Of a DNA stretch of 64,000 bases, positions 27,642 to 36,961 are shown one piece after another (within the stretch, counting starts at the first letter, position 1; each line of letters starts with the position of its first letter). The position numbers were made by a program, and so were the translations under genes. The stretch comes from an uncultured Candidatus Binatia bacterium (GTDB lineage Bacteria; Desulfobacterota; Binatia; HRBIN30; CADEER01). The notes below the pieces were generated by a model, which was not told where the DNA came from, made no database searches, and saw only the letters and a program-made list of their open reading frames with translations. Location of the stretch: the NCBI GenBank assembly GCA_965216585.1, contig CBDCGC010000003.1:4259244-4323243 (forward strand), written 5' to 3'.

Positions 27642-28970
27642 TCACGGCAGCAGGGCGCGAATCGATGCGATGGTCTTGGGTACCGTATCGGCCATGATGA
27701 AGAGGAGGACGATGGGGACGACGTAGCGCAGCAGCCCGATCCAAGCGCGCATCCAGCGCGAGGCGCCCGAACCGGCGGCGAGCTCGCGCTCCGGTTGTGC
27801 CATCACCCAGCCGGTGAAGATGGCCAGCGCCAATCCCCCTCCCATGAGGAGTATGTTGGTGGCGACCTGGTCCATGACGTCGAGAACACCGAGGTCGAGC
27901 GCTGCCGGGGCGCCGCAGATGGCGGCGGTGAAACCGGCCCACAGGGTCGCTTGCCGGCGCTCCCAACCGATCAGGTCGACCACCGAAGCGACGACGACTT
28001 CGAGCAGGGAAATGAGTGAGGTCAGGGCGCCGACGATCAAGGCGCCGAAGAAGAGCACGCCGACGATGCGCCCGGTGGTGCCGAGGTCGCCGAAGGCCTT
28101 GGGCAGAGTGATGAACAACGCCCCGAGCGTGCTCTCGCCGACCTCCTGTGAGAGGCCGAGGGCGAAGAGGAGCGGGAAGACGACCAGGCCGGCGACGAAG
28201 GCGATGGCAAAGTCGGAGAAGGCGATGATGCCCGCTTGCGCGGGCAGGTTGCTGGTGCGTTCGAGATAGCTGGCGTAGGTCATCATGGCGCCCATGCCGA
28301 GGCTGAGGCTGAAGAAGGCCTGGCCGGCTGCTTGCGAGAGTACTTCGCGGGAAAAGATGGCGCCGATTCCGTCGGTCGCCAGGTAGTAGTCGTAGCCCGC
28401 GTTCGCCCCGTCGAGGGTGCTGGCGTAGACGGCCAGGCCGCAGACGACGGCGAAGAGCAGTGGCATGACGATCACCGACGTCCGCTCGATGCCGGCGGTG
28501 ATGCCGTTGGCGACGACCCACAAGGCGCCGGCCATGAACGCGAGATGCCAGGCCAGCGCATCCCAGCCCGAGCTGACGGCGTCGAAGTGGGCGGCCGGCT
28601 CGCCGGTGAAACCGTAGGCGGCACCTTCGAGGGCGTAGCGCAGCGTCCAGCCGGCGATCACCGAGTAGTACGATGCTATGAGAAAGCCAGCGGCGACGAA
28701 GAGAATGCCCAGCGACTTCCACCAGCGACCGCCGTAGAAGCCGAGAGCATCGATCGGTCCGCGCGCGGCGCCGCGGCCGATGGTCAGCTCGGCGAGCAGG
28801 ACCGGTAGGCCGATCAGGAAGAGCATGAGGATGTAGAGGAAGACGAACGCCGCGCCACCCGACTCGGCGGTGAGATAGGAGAAGCGCCACATGTTGCCGA
28901 GGCCGACGGCGGAGCCAATCGCCGCCATGACGAAGCCGAAGCTGGATTTCCAACGCTCTCGATCCCGCAT
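27642..28970 (-). CDS. Sodium-dependent transporter, neurotransmitter:sodium symporter (SNF/NSS) family
   Basis: 'GSAVGLGNMWRFSY' is an NSS signature. 12 TM helices. Confidence 0.85.
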   Translation of the reverse strand: MRDRERWKSSFGFVMAAIGSAVGLGNMWRFSYLTAESGGAAFVFLYILMLFLIGLPVLLAELTIGRGAARGPIDALGFYGGRWWKSLGILFVAAGFLIASYYSVIAGWTLRYALEGAAYGFTGEPAAHFDAVSSGWDALAWHLAFMAGALWVVANGITAGIERTSVIVMPLLFAVVCGLAVYASTLDGANAGYDYYLATDGIGAIFSREVLSQAAGQAFFSLSLGMGAMMTYASYLERTSNLPAQAGIIAFSDFAIAFVAGLVVFPLLFALGLSQEVGESTLGALFITLPKAFGDLGTTGRIVGVLFFGALIVGALTSLISLLEVVVASVVDLIGWERRQATLWAGFTAAICGAPAALDLGVLDVMDQVATNILLMGGGLALAIFTGWVMAQPERELAAGSGASRWMRAWIGLLRYVVPIVLLFIMADTVPKTIASIRALLP

Positions 28971-29339
28971 GGCTCACGCACTCCCCGTGCGCGCTGCGGC
29001 GCGGCGTCGATGCCTGATGCAATGTTGGGGCTCGCCCATGGCCCACCTCCACTCCTCGTTCTCGCACCGCGCCACAGGCGCCTGCGTTGGCGCCGCACTT
29101 TGGTGGAGTCCCGTACGCAACAGCACCCAAATAGCAAAAGTGCCTCGCGATATCCACGCGATTTTCATTACACCAGGCGAGTGCGAGCGGTTGCGGAGTG
29201 GAGTCGCGTCGACCGATCGCAAGCACGGCGGCAATCACCGTGCGGTCGCGTTGCGACGTAGGGAAGGTGAAGCGAAGAACCCGTTTGCAATCGACGGCCG
29301 GGCTCAGGCACCCTGAAAGAGAGGCAGGGGATCATCGGA

Positions 29340-30160
29340 TGAAGATTCTGCGCGTGCTCGAGACATGGCTTCGGGTTCTAGCCAGTCTGCTGTGGACGGC
29401 CATTCTCGGCCTTCCCTTTGTCGCCCTCATCGGTGCCCGCTACCTGTTCGGCAAAGTGGCGAAGTTCCTCGGCCGCGGCGACATGGTCGAGCGTGCGATC
29501 GCCCGCAACCTGGAAACCTACGAGATCGTCTCGCGCGATCTGTGGGCGCGCGGCATCTTCGTCTTGACCAGGATGTCGTTTCGCACGCGTTGCGCGACGC
29601 CGATCGATTGGCGGAAGACGCACGTCATTTGCGCCAATCACAGCAGCGTTTTCGATATCTTCGCACTTCTATCGGCGGTACCCGTTCCGCTGCGTTTCGT
29701 CGCCAAGCAGGAGCTCGTGAAGTGGCCGATCATCGGCTGGGCGCTGCGGCCGACAGGGCAGGTGGTCGTCGACCGCGCCGATCCGAGCCGCGCCATTCGC
29801 TCGATTTCCAACTTCAATCCGCGCCATCCCGGGCAGATCGTGTTTTTCGTCGAAGGCACGCGCTCGCCCGACGGCGAGCTCCTGCCGTTCAAGAAAGGTG
29901 CATTCCACTTTGCCCTCACCAACAACCTGCCCCTGCTGCCGACTGCCATTGGTGGCGCCCACCGGGCGCTGTCGCGCTCGGCGTGGTGGAACCTCAACCC
30001 GGGCAGCGAGATTCTCGTCGACTTTTGCGAGCCGCTCGAGGTCCCCGCCGCCTGGGCCGAAGGCGATCGCGCGGCTCTCGCCGCTCGCCTGTGCGAGCAG
30101 ACGAGGGCGCAGATTGCCGCGGCGTTGCAGCGCGGCGACGGCGATCGCTCGGCCGCCTGA
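29340..30160 (+). CDS. 1-acyl-sn-glycerol-3-phosphate acyltransferase-like (PlsC family)
   Basis: The 'CANHSSVFD' HX4D acyltransferase motif and 'FVEGTRS' are present. The track ORF starts at 29198; ATG 29340 (MKILRVLE) is the likely start. Confidence 0.8.
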
Positions 30161-30220
30161 GCAGCGGCGCACCGCCGGCGGCGACTGGCGAGAGGCGCGC
30201 CGCTGATCGACGGGCCGACC

Positions 30221-31780
30221 ATGTTCCCAAGCCGTGGCTCGGCTGATAGGTGGAGGGCGGGTCGTCCCGTGTCTGATTCCAGCTCGCAATCAAAAGACCT
30301 GAGCGCCCGCCTGCGCGAGTGCGCCGAGTTGATCGAGTCGATCGTCGGCGATCGCGGTCTGCTGGTCGACATCGACGACGATCTGCGCGAGCGTTTTTTG
30401 ATCGCCGCCGGCCGGGTGTCGCGGCCCAACAAGCGTGCGCGCAAGGCATTGGCGCGGGCGCGACAGCGCGTCGAACGCAACGGCAAGAAGAAGGCCGATC
30501 AGGCGCTCCTCGACCAGACCGGGATTCGCCGCCTGCGTGAGAGTCCGATCTTTCAGACGCCGCGGCGGCTGGCTCTGCATGCGGGTCGCCAACCGGCACC
30601 GGCGTCGGCGCCGATCGGTCGCGTCGGCGAGGAACGCATCTGCTACTGCTGCCGCCGGCAATACGACGAGGTGCATCACTTCTACGATCAGTTGTGTGTC
30701 GCCTGCGGTGATTTCAATTTCACCAAACGGTCGCCGGCGGCGGATCTGCGCGGGCGGGTGGCTCTGGTGACGGGCTCACGCGTCAAGATCGGCTACCAGG
30801 CGGCGATGTTTCTCTTGCGCGCGGGCTGTCGAGTGATTGCGACGACGCGCTTCCCGCGCGACGCGGCGCGTCGCTACGCCGCCGAAGAGGATTTTGGTGA
30901 GTGGCGCGACCGTCTGGAGATCCGCGGCGTCGATCTGCGCCACACGCCGAGTGTCGAGGCCCTCTGCGCCGACCTGTTACGCGTGCACGACCGCCTCGAT
31001 TTCATCATCAACAACGCCTGCCAGACGGTGCGCCGGCCGCCTGGCTTCTACGAGCATTTGATGGCGCATGAGGAGAGGTTGGAAAACGAGCTCGACAGCG
31101 TCCAGCGCGCTTTGCTGCGCACCGTCGAGGCCGAAGCCGAGGTCGATGCGACGGCGGTGGGAGTGCAGAACGGCCAGCCGTCGCCGTCGCGGATGTCCCA
31201 GGTCGAGCTTCTCGCCGAGGACGCCCAGCGTGGCGAGCACCTCTTTCCCCGCGGCCTGCTCGATGCCGATCTACAACAGGTCGATCTGCGCAAGGTCAAC
31301 AGCTGGCGGCTCAAGCTGGCCGACGTACCGACCATCGAGATGCTCGAGGTGTATCTGGTCAACGCCGTCGCGCCGTTTCTCTTCAATGCCCGGCTCAAGC
31401 CGCTGATGACCCGCGTCGCGACACGCGACAAGCACATCGTCAACGTCTCGGCGATGGAGGGGCAATTCTATCGCATCTTCAAGACCGATCGGCATCCCCA
31501 CACCAACATGGCGAAGGCGGCGCTGAACATGATGACGCGGACGTCGGCCATCGACTACCACGCCGATGGCATCCACATGAACAGCGTCGACACCGGCTGG
31601 GTGACGGACGAGGATCCGATCGATCACGCCGAGATGAAACGCGAGGTGCATTCGTTCCACCCGCCGCTCGACGTCGTCGACGGCGCCGCGCGCATCGTCG
31701 ATCCCATCTTCACCGGCGTGCGCACCGGCGAGCACGTCTGGGGGCAGTTTCTGAAGGACTACCGCGAGACGGATTGGTAG
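30221..31780 (+). CDS. SDR-family oxidoreductase with a ~170 aa N-terminal extension containing a Cys/His cluster
   Basis: Rossmann motif 'ALVTGSRVKIGYQAA' and catalytic region 'NVSAMEG...Y...K'. The N-terminal 'CYCCRRQYDEVHHFYDQLCVACGD' is a putative Zn-binding cluster. The start codon is uncertain. Confidence 0.65.
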   Translation: MFPSRGSADRWRAGRPVSDSSSQSKDLSARLRECAELIESIVGDRGLLVDIDDDLRERFLIAAGRVSRPNKRARKALARARQRVERNGKKKADQALLDQTGIRRLRESPIFQTPRRLALHAGRQPAPASAPIGRVGEERICYCCRRQYDEVHHFYDQLCVACGDFNFTKRSPAADLRGRVALVTGSRVKIGYQAAMFLLRAGCRVIATTRFPRDAARRYAAEEDFGEWRDRLEIRGVDLRHTPSVEALCADLLRVHDRLDFIINNACQTVRRPPGFYEHLMAHEERLENELDSVQRALLRTVEAEAEVDATAVGVQNGQPSPSRMSQVELLAEDAQRGEHLFPRGLLDADLQQVDLRKVNSWRLKLADVPTIEMLEVYLVNAVAPFLFNARLKPLMTRVATRDKHIVNVSAMEGQFYRIFKTDRHPHTNMAKAALNMMTRTSAIDYHADGIHMNSVDTGWVTDEDPIDHAEMKREVHSFHPPLDVVDGAARIVDPIFTGVRTGEHVWGQFLKDYRETDW

Positions 31781-31817
31781 AGAGGCCCGGCGCCGGCCGG
31801 ACCTCTCCCCGGGGTTG

Positions 31818-32528
31818 CTACTTTGGTTCGGCTCCCGTACCGCCAGCCGGGGCCTTCGCCGCCTCGGCGCGCAGTCCTTCGTCGGGGGCGACGATCAGCT
31901 CGACGCGGCGGTTGAGCTGGCGGCCTTCACGCGTCTCGTTGCTGGCGATCGGGCTCGACTCGCCCTGGCCGCGGGTGGTGATGCGGCTGGAGCTGACGCC
32001 GCTGCCGGTGAGCGCGTCGGCGACCGTGCGGGCGCGGCGCAGCGACAACTCGTAGTTCATTTCTTCGGAGCCACGGCTGTCGGTGTGTCCGGTGACCGAA
32101 ATGGTCGTGCGCGGATAGCGCGAGAGAATGCCCGCCACCTCGAGCAGCTTGGAGCGCCCCGCCGGTTGAATGTCGGCACTGCCGGTGTCGAAGAGGAGGT
32201 CGCTGCCGAGGGACAGGTAGATCTGCTCCTGATCCTGGCGGATGCGATCCTGCTCGGCGAGCACCGCCTCCATCTCGGCGGCTTGTTTGCCCATGTAGTT
32301 GCCGATGGCGCCGCCACCGAGACCGCCGACGGCGGCGCCGATTGCCGCGCCTTTCCAAGCGCCGTCGCCGCCGTCGGCAATGGCGCCGATACCAGCGCCG
32401 ATCGCCGCGCCGGCGGCCGTGCCGAGCACGGCCCCCTTGGTGGTGTCGGATTGCTGGTGGTAGGCCTCGCAGCCGGGAAGGCTCAAGGTCAGGGCTCCTG
32501 CTAGTGCCAGCACTGTCGCTCTTCGCAT
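31818..32528 (-). CDS. OmpA-family lipoprotein with a Gly-zipper
   Basis: Lipobox 'LSLPGC' and Gly-zipper 'GAAIGAGIGAI'. The OmpA-like domain has 'TDSRGSEEMNYELSLRRA' and 'NRRVELIV'. Confidence 0.75.
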   Translation of the reverse strand: MRRATVLALAGALTLSLPGCEAYHQQSDTTKGAVLGTAAGAAIGAGIGAIADGGDGAWKGAAIGAAVGGLGGGAIGNYMGKQAAEMEAVLAEQDRIRQDQEQIYLSLGSDLLFDTGSADIQPAGRSKLLEVAGILSRYPRTTISVTGHTDSRGSEEMNYELSLRRARTVADALTGSGVSSSRITTRGQGESSPIASNETREGRQLNRRVELIVAPDEGLRAEAAKAPAGGTGAEPK

Positions 32529-32618
32529 TTCACGAATCTCCTATGGTTTTCAAAGGTGTTCTGGGACGGAAAAAGCGTACGTTCTGGACCGGCGGCGTGC
32601 AACCGGCCGCGGTGCTCT

Positions 32619-33350
32619 TCAGTCGATCGCGTAGGTAACGTGGATGGTGGCGTCGACGCGAACCTCACCCGGCTCGACCGGTGTGGGGGCGTGCGACTCC
32701 AGCGCCATCGCGGCGCCGCGAAAGGCGCGCGGCGCGATGGTGGTCGGTGTCGAGGTGGAGGCGTGCATCACCTTGCCGAGGCCGACACCGAGTGCGGCGG
32801 CGATCGTCGCCGCCTGGCGTTGGGCATCGGCGGCTGCCGCCGACAGCGCTTCGGCGTGCGCCGCATCGCGATCTTCGAGAGAAAAGTGGAGACCGTTGAT
32901 GCGGTTGGCGCCGGCACTTGCGGCTGCGTCGATCAGCTTGCCGACGGCGTCCATGTCGCGAAACTCGACACGCACTTCGTTGCGAGCGACGTAGCCGATG
33001 ATCTCCGGCGGCTGGTTGCGGGCGCGTTCGCGGTGATGATCGTAGACCGGATCGAGCGAATAGCGCGTCGTCGTCACTCGATCCTTCTTGCCGGTCATCT
33101 TGCCAACCGCCGCCGCCAGTGCAGAGCTCTTGCTCGCGTTTTCCGCCGCCGCGTCGGTCGCCTTCTCCGAGGTGGTTTCGACGGCGAAAGAGATCGTCGC
33201 CAGGTCGGGCGCGCGCTGCGCTTCGCCGCGCCCGGTTACCGAGATCGATGGTGGTTCCACTGCTTCCCCCGCGCTGGCCGCCAGGGGGCCGAGCATCAGC
33301 GCGACGCAGAGCGCCGCGGCAACCGGAATTCCGTATCGATGGGTCACCGG
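32619..33350 (-). CDS. SIMPL/DUF541-domain periplasmic protein
   Basis: 'ISVTGRGEAQRAPDLATISFAVET' and 'ARNEVRVEFRDMDAVGKLIDAA' match the SIMPL-family pattern. The start is uncertain; the track ORF runs to 33551. Confidence 0.65.
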   Translation of the reverse strand, partial: PVTHRYGIPVAAALCVALMLGPLAASAGEAVEPPSISVTGRGEAQRAPDLATISFAVETTSEKATDAAAENASKSSALAAAVGKMTGKKDRVTTTRYSLDPVYDHHRERARNQPPEIIGYVARNEVRVEFRDMDAVGKLIDAAASAGANRINGLHFSLEDRDAAHAEALSAAAADAQRQAATIAAALGVGLGKVMHASTSTPTTIAPRAFRGAAMALESHAPTPVEPGEVRVDATIHVTYAID

Positions 33351-33388
33351 GTGATGATACGGGCCGGTTGGTGCGACCGCAAACGCCG

Positions 33389-34438
33389 TCAGCGCAAGCG
33401 CTCGCCGGAGTCGGGCGAGAAGCAGAGAATCTCGGACGCCGGGGCGTGGGCGCGGCGCGGCACGGCGACGGGGTTGCCGGCAATGTGCACCGAGATGGGC
33501 TCCTGGTCGAGATGTCCGCGCACCACCGAGTAGCTGCCGTGCGTTCGCCACGAGCTGGGGTCGAGGATTGCCTGCAGGGAGTTTTTCGGTATCTCGTTGA
33601 CATCGAAGGATTCCGGGCGGATGCCGGCGACGATTTCTCCCGGCGCCGTGTCGCGCTGAAGAAGGCCGGGGGCTTCGACGGATTGGCCGGCGACGGTCAG
33701 GGTCGTGCCGTCGAAGTGACCGTCGAGAAGGTTGATCGGCGGCCTGCCCAGCGCTGTCGCCACGGCGGTGGTGGCGGGGTTGGTGTACATGAGAGCGGGT
33801 GTGTCGACCTGGTGGAGGCGGCCGCTGTGGACGTAGGCGATGCGATCGCCGAGCGCCATTGCATCGGTGGAGTCGTCGGTTGCGTAGAGAGTGGTCAGCC
33901 GCCAGGAGCGCTGGATGCTGCGGATCTGCTCGCGCAGCTCACAGCGCTCTTGGTTGGACATGCCGGCCATCGCGTCGTCGACGAGGAGCAGCCGCGGTCG
34001 CCGCGCCAACGCTCGGCCGAGGGCGACGCGCATCCGCTCGCATTGGCGCAAATGCTCCGGCCGCTTTTCGCCGACGCCGTCGACGCCGACGAGGCAGGTG
34101 ATCTCCTCGATTGCCTCGTCGCGTTCGCGCTCGCTGAGGTGCTGGCGGCGCATGGCGAATGCGATGTTTTCGCGCACGTCGAGGTGCGGGTAGAGAGCCT
34201 CGTTCTGCAACACCAGGCCGATGCCGCGTTGGGCTGGCGGCAGCCCGTCGACCGCTGTGTTGTCGATGAAGACCTGGCCGCGGCGCATCGGTTCGAGCCC
34301 GGCAATCGCGTGCAGCAGGCGGGTCTTGCCGGCGCGCGGCGGGCCGAGCACCGCCACCGCCTCGCCGTCGGCGAGGCGGAGGCTCAGGTCGCTGACGACG
34401 TCGTCCACCTGAACGCCATGTAGAGAAGCGTTCGCCAT
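33389..34438 (-). CDS. ABC-transporter ATPase paralog (MalK/UgpC-like with a C-terminal TOBE-like domain) with degenerate catalytic motifs
   Basis: Walker A 'GPPRAGKT' and the Q-loop are retained. LSGGQ is replaced by 'HLRQCE'. Walker B 'LLLVDDA' has no catalytic Glu. The D-loop is 'AGMS'. The H-loop His is replaced ('YATDDSTDA'). There is no permease gene nearby. Confidence 0.75.
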   Translation of the reverse strand: MANASLHGVQVDDVVSDLSLRLADGEAVAVLGPPRAGKTRLLHAIAGLEPMRRGQVFIDNTAVDGLPPAQRGIGLVLQNEALYPHLDVRENIAFAMRRQHLSERERDEAIEEITCLVGVDGVGEKRPEHLRQCERMRVALGRALARRPRLLLVDDAMAGMSNQERCELREQIRSIQRSWRLTTLYATDDSTDAMALGDRIAYVHSGRLHQVDTPALMYTNPATTAVATALGRPPINLLDGHFDGTTLTVAGQSVEAPGLLQRDTAPGEIVAGIRPESFDVNEIPKNSLQAILDPSSWRTHGSYSVVRGHLDQEPISVHIAGNPVAVPRRAHAPASEILCFSPDSGERLR

Positions 34439-34521
34439 GCTCGATGCGTCAACTGTAGCACGCGCATTCTGCCTGACGAGCGCGATGTTGTTGCTGCCGC
34501 CAGAGCGTCGAGTGGTACGGG

Positions 34522-34755
34522 CTAACCGCGCTGGGGGGTCATCCAGGCCTGCCGGCAGCCGCGGTTTTTGCAGAACCAGGCGGCGCCGTCGTGGAAGGCG
34601 GTCAGGCAGCGTTGCTCGCCATCGGCGAGGCGAATGACCGGATGCGTCTCACCGCAGTTCTCACATTCGACGAAGCGCCCGGCGTGCCCCTGCGGCCGCT
34701 TGGTGCCTTCCCTGCGCCGCGCCCGCTGTGCTTGGAAATCGAGAATCGTACCCAT
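34522..34755 (-). CDS. Small zinc-ribbon protein (77 aa)
   Basis: ATG with GGGAGA 6 nt upstream. The spacing 'CENCGETH...C...FCKNRGC' suggests a 4-Cys zinc ribbon. Confidence 0.5.
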   Translation of the reverse strand: MGTILDFQAQRARRREGTKRPQGHAGRFVECENCGETHPVIRLADGEQRCLTAFHDGAAWFCKNRGCRQAWMTPQRG

Positions 34756-34942
34756 ATTTCTCCCTACCCAACGCCGGCAACTACCCCAGTCGCATCGCGA
34801 TGTCACCCCGGGGGCGATCTTTTTCGCATGCCGCGTCGCCGACGATCGTGGCAATGGGGCGGGCAACGAGAACCGTGTATTTCGCGACTTTGCGGTATAT
34901 GCTGATCGTGCTTTGGGGTATGAACCCTTGCAGGCGCCCGCC

Positions 34943-36961
34943 ATGAGTCCGCATAGCCGCGAAGAGTTTCTCGACGTTCGCCGTCACGGTTTTGCCCGCT
35001 ACGCGGTCTGTATCCCGCACGTGCACGTGGCCAACCCGGGCGCCAACGTCGATGCGCACATGGCGGTGCTGGAAGCGGCGTACGACCGCGGCGCGGTCTA
35101 CGCTCTTTGCCCGGAGTTGGGGCTCAGCTCGTATTCCTGCGGCGATCTTTTCTTCGACGATGTGCTGCTCGATCGATCTCTCGCCGGCCTGGCGGCGTTG
35201 GCCGGGGCGACGGCGGGGATGAACATGGCCGTGACGGTCGGCCTGCCGATGTCGATCGGCGGTCTGCTCTTCAACACTGCGGTGACGGTCTATCGGGGAG
35301 CGCCGCTCGCCGTGGCGGCCAAGAGCTATCTGCCGAACTACCGCGAGTTCTACGAGCGCCGGTGGTTCGCGCCGGCGCGTGCTTGCACTCAGCGCGAAGT
35401 CGAGGTGCTCGGGGTTGGCGTTCCGATCGGCACCGACGTAGTGCTGCGCGCCCGCCACATCGACGGCTTTGCCCTGCACGTCGAAGTTTGCGAGGACATC
35501 TGGGTGCCGATACCGCCGAGCGCCGTCGCAGCGCTGAACGGAGCCACGGTGCTGGCCAACCTCTCGGCGTCGAACGTCACGGTGGCGAAGTCGGAGTATC
35601 GCCGCCAGCTCGTCATCGGCTCGTCGGCGCGCAATCTCGCCGCCCAGCTCTACAGCGCCGCCGGCTACGGCGAATCGACCGACGATCTGGCTTGGGATGG
35701 CGACGGGATGATCGCCGAACGCGGTGTCCTCGTCGGCGAGTGCGAGCGCTTCGTGCGCGGCGGCACCTGTGTCGTGCGCGACGTCGACATGCGCTCGCTG
35801 GTCCAGGACCGCGCCCGCCAGACTTCGTTTGCCGACAACGCCGCCCTGGAGGGGGCGCGACCGTTTCGCTTCGTCGACTTCGGCGAGAAGAGGGAGGAGC
35901 GTGCGACGCGGCTCTACGAGGTGTTCGAGCGCGCGATCGATCCGCACCCTTTCGTGCCGTCCGATCCCGCCCTGCGCGACGAGCGTTGCCGGGAGGTGTT
36001 TACGATCCAGGCGACGTCGCTGGCGCGCCGTCTCGAGGCGCTGCCGGAGGATGCGCGGCGCATCGTCGTCGGCGTTTCCGGCGGTCAGGATTCGACGCAG
36101 GCGTTGCTGGTGGCAGCGCGCGCCGCCGACCTGCTCGAGCTGCCGCGCGATCGCGTCATCGCAGTGACCATGCCCGGTCTGGGCACCACCGAGCGAACCC
36201 ACGCCAATGCGCGGGCGCTGGCTGAGGCGCTGTCGGCGGAGTTGGTCGATCTGCCGATCTCGGCGTTGAGCGAGGAGATCTACGCGGCGATCGGACACGC
36301 GCCGGAGGTCGAAGATCTGACGTTTGAAAACGTCCAGGCGTGGTTGCGCAAGCTGTTGCTCTTCGCCACCGCATCACAGCGGCGTGGGCTCGACCTCGGC
36401 ACCGGCGATCTGTCGGAGCTGGCGCTCGGCTGGTGCACCTACGGCGGCGATCACATGTCGCACTACGGTGTCAACGCCGGAGTGCCGAAGACGTTGATCA
36501 CCTATCTGATTCGCTGGAGCGCCGAGCGGGTGTTCGCCGCCGACGCCGCGCTCGCCGCCGTGCTGCGCGATATCCTCGAGACGCCGATCACCCCCGAGCT
36601 CAAGCGGCCGACCGAGGCGGGCGAGATCGCGCAGCAGTCGGAGGCGGTCATCGGACCGTACGAGCTGCACGATTTCTTTCTCTACTACTTTCTGCGTTTC
36701 GGCGCCGATCCGGCGAGGATCGCGCGCATGTGTCTGCACGCCTTCGACGGATCGTACGACCTGGCGACCATCCGCCGGTGGCTGATCGTCTTCTTGCGGC
36801 GTTTTTTCGCGAGCCAGTACAAGCGCGACTGCCTGCCGGACGGACCCAAGGTCGGATCGGGCGGTTCTCTGTCGCCGCGCGGCGATTGGCGCATGCCTTC
36901 CGACGCCGAGGCGCAAATCTGGATCGAGGCGGCCGAGGCAATTCCCGATCGATTGGCGTGA
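34943..36961 (+). CDS. nadE: Glutamine-dependent NAD+ synthetase (large form: N-terminal CN-hydrolase plus C-terminal synthetase)
   Basis: The P-loop 'VVGVSGGQDST' of the NAD synthetase domain and the N-terminal nitrilase-like domain. The track ORF is over-extended from 34568. Confidence 0.9.
   Translation: MSPHSREEFLDVRRHGFARYAVCIPHVHVANPGANVDAHMAVLEAAYDRGAVYALCPELGLSSYSCGDLFFDDVLLDRSLAGLAALAGATAGMNMAVTVGLPMSIGGLLFNTAVTVYRGAPLAVAAKSYLPNYREFYERRWFAPARACTQREVEVLGVGVPIGTDVVLRARHIDGFALHVEVCEDIWVPIPPSAVAALNGATVLANLSASNVTVAKSEYRRQLVIGSSARNLAAQLYSAAGYGESTDDLAWDGDGMIAERGVLVGECERFVRGGTCVVRDVDMRSLVQDRARQTSFADNAALEGARPFRFVDFGEKREERATRLYEVFERAIDPHPFVPSDPALRDERCREVFTIQATSLARRLEALPEDARRIVVGVSGGQDSTQALLVAARAADLLELPRDRVIAVTMPGLGTTERTHANARALAEALSAELVDLPISALSEEIYAAIGHAPEVEDLTFENVQAWLRKLLLFATASQRRGLDLGTGDLSELALGWCTYGGDHMSHYGVNAGVPKTLITYLIRWSAERVFAADAALAAVLRDILETPITPELKRPTEAGEIAQQSEAVIGPYELHDFFLYYFLRFGADPARIARMCLHAFDGSYDLATIRRWLIVFLRRFFASQYKRDCLPDGPKVGSGGSLSPRGDWRMPSDAEAQIWIEAAEAIPDRLA

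Noticed and set aside
34568-34942. 5' extension of the nadE ORF in the track (125 extra codons)
   Set aside because: The region is the divergent promoter area shared with the zinc-ribbon gene. NAD-synthetase homology begins at the ATG at 34943.
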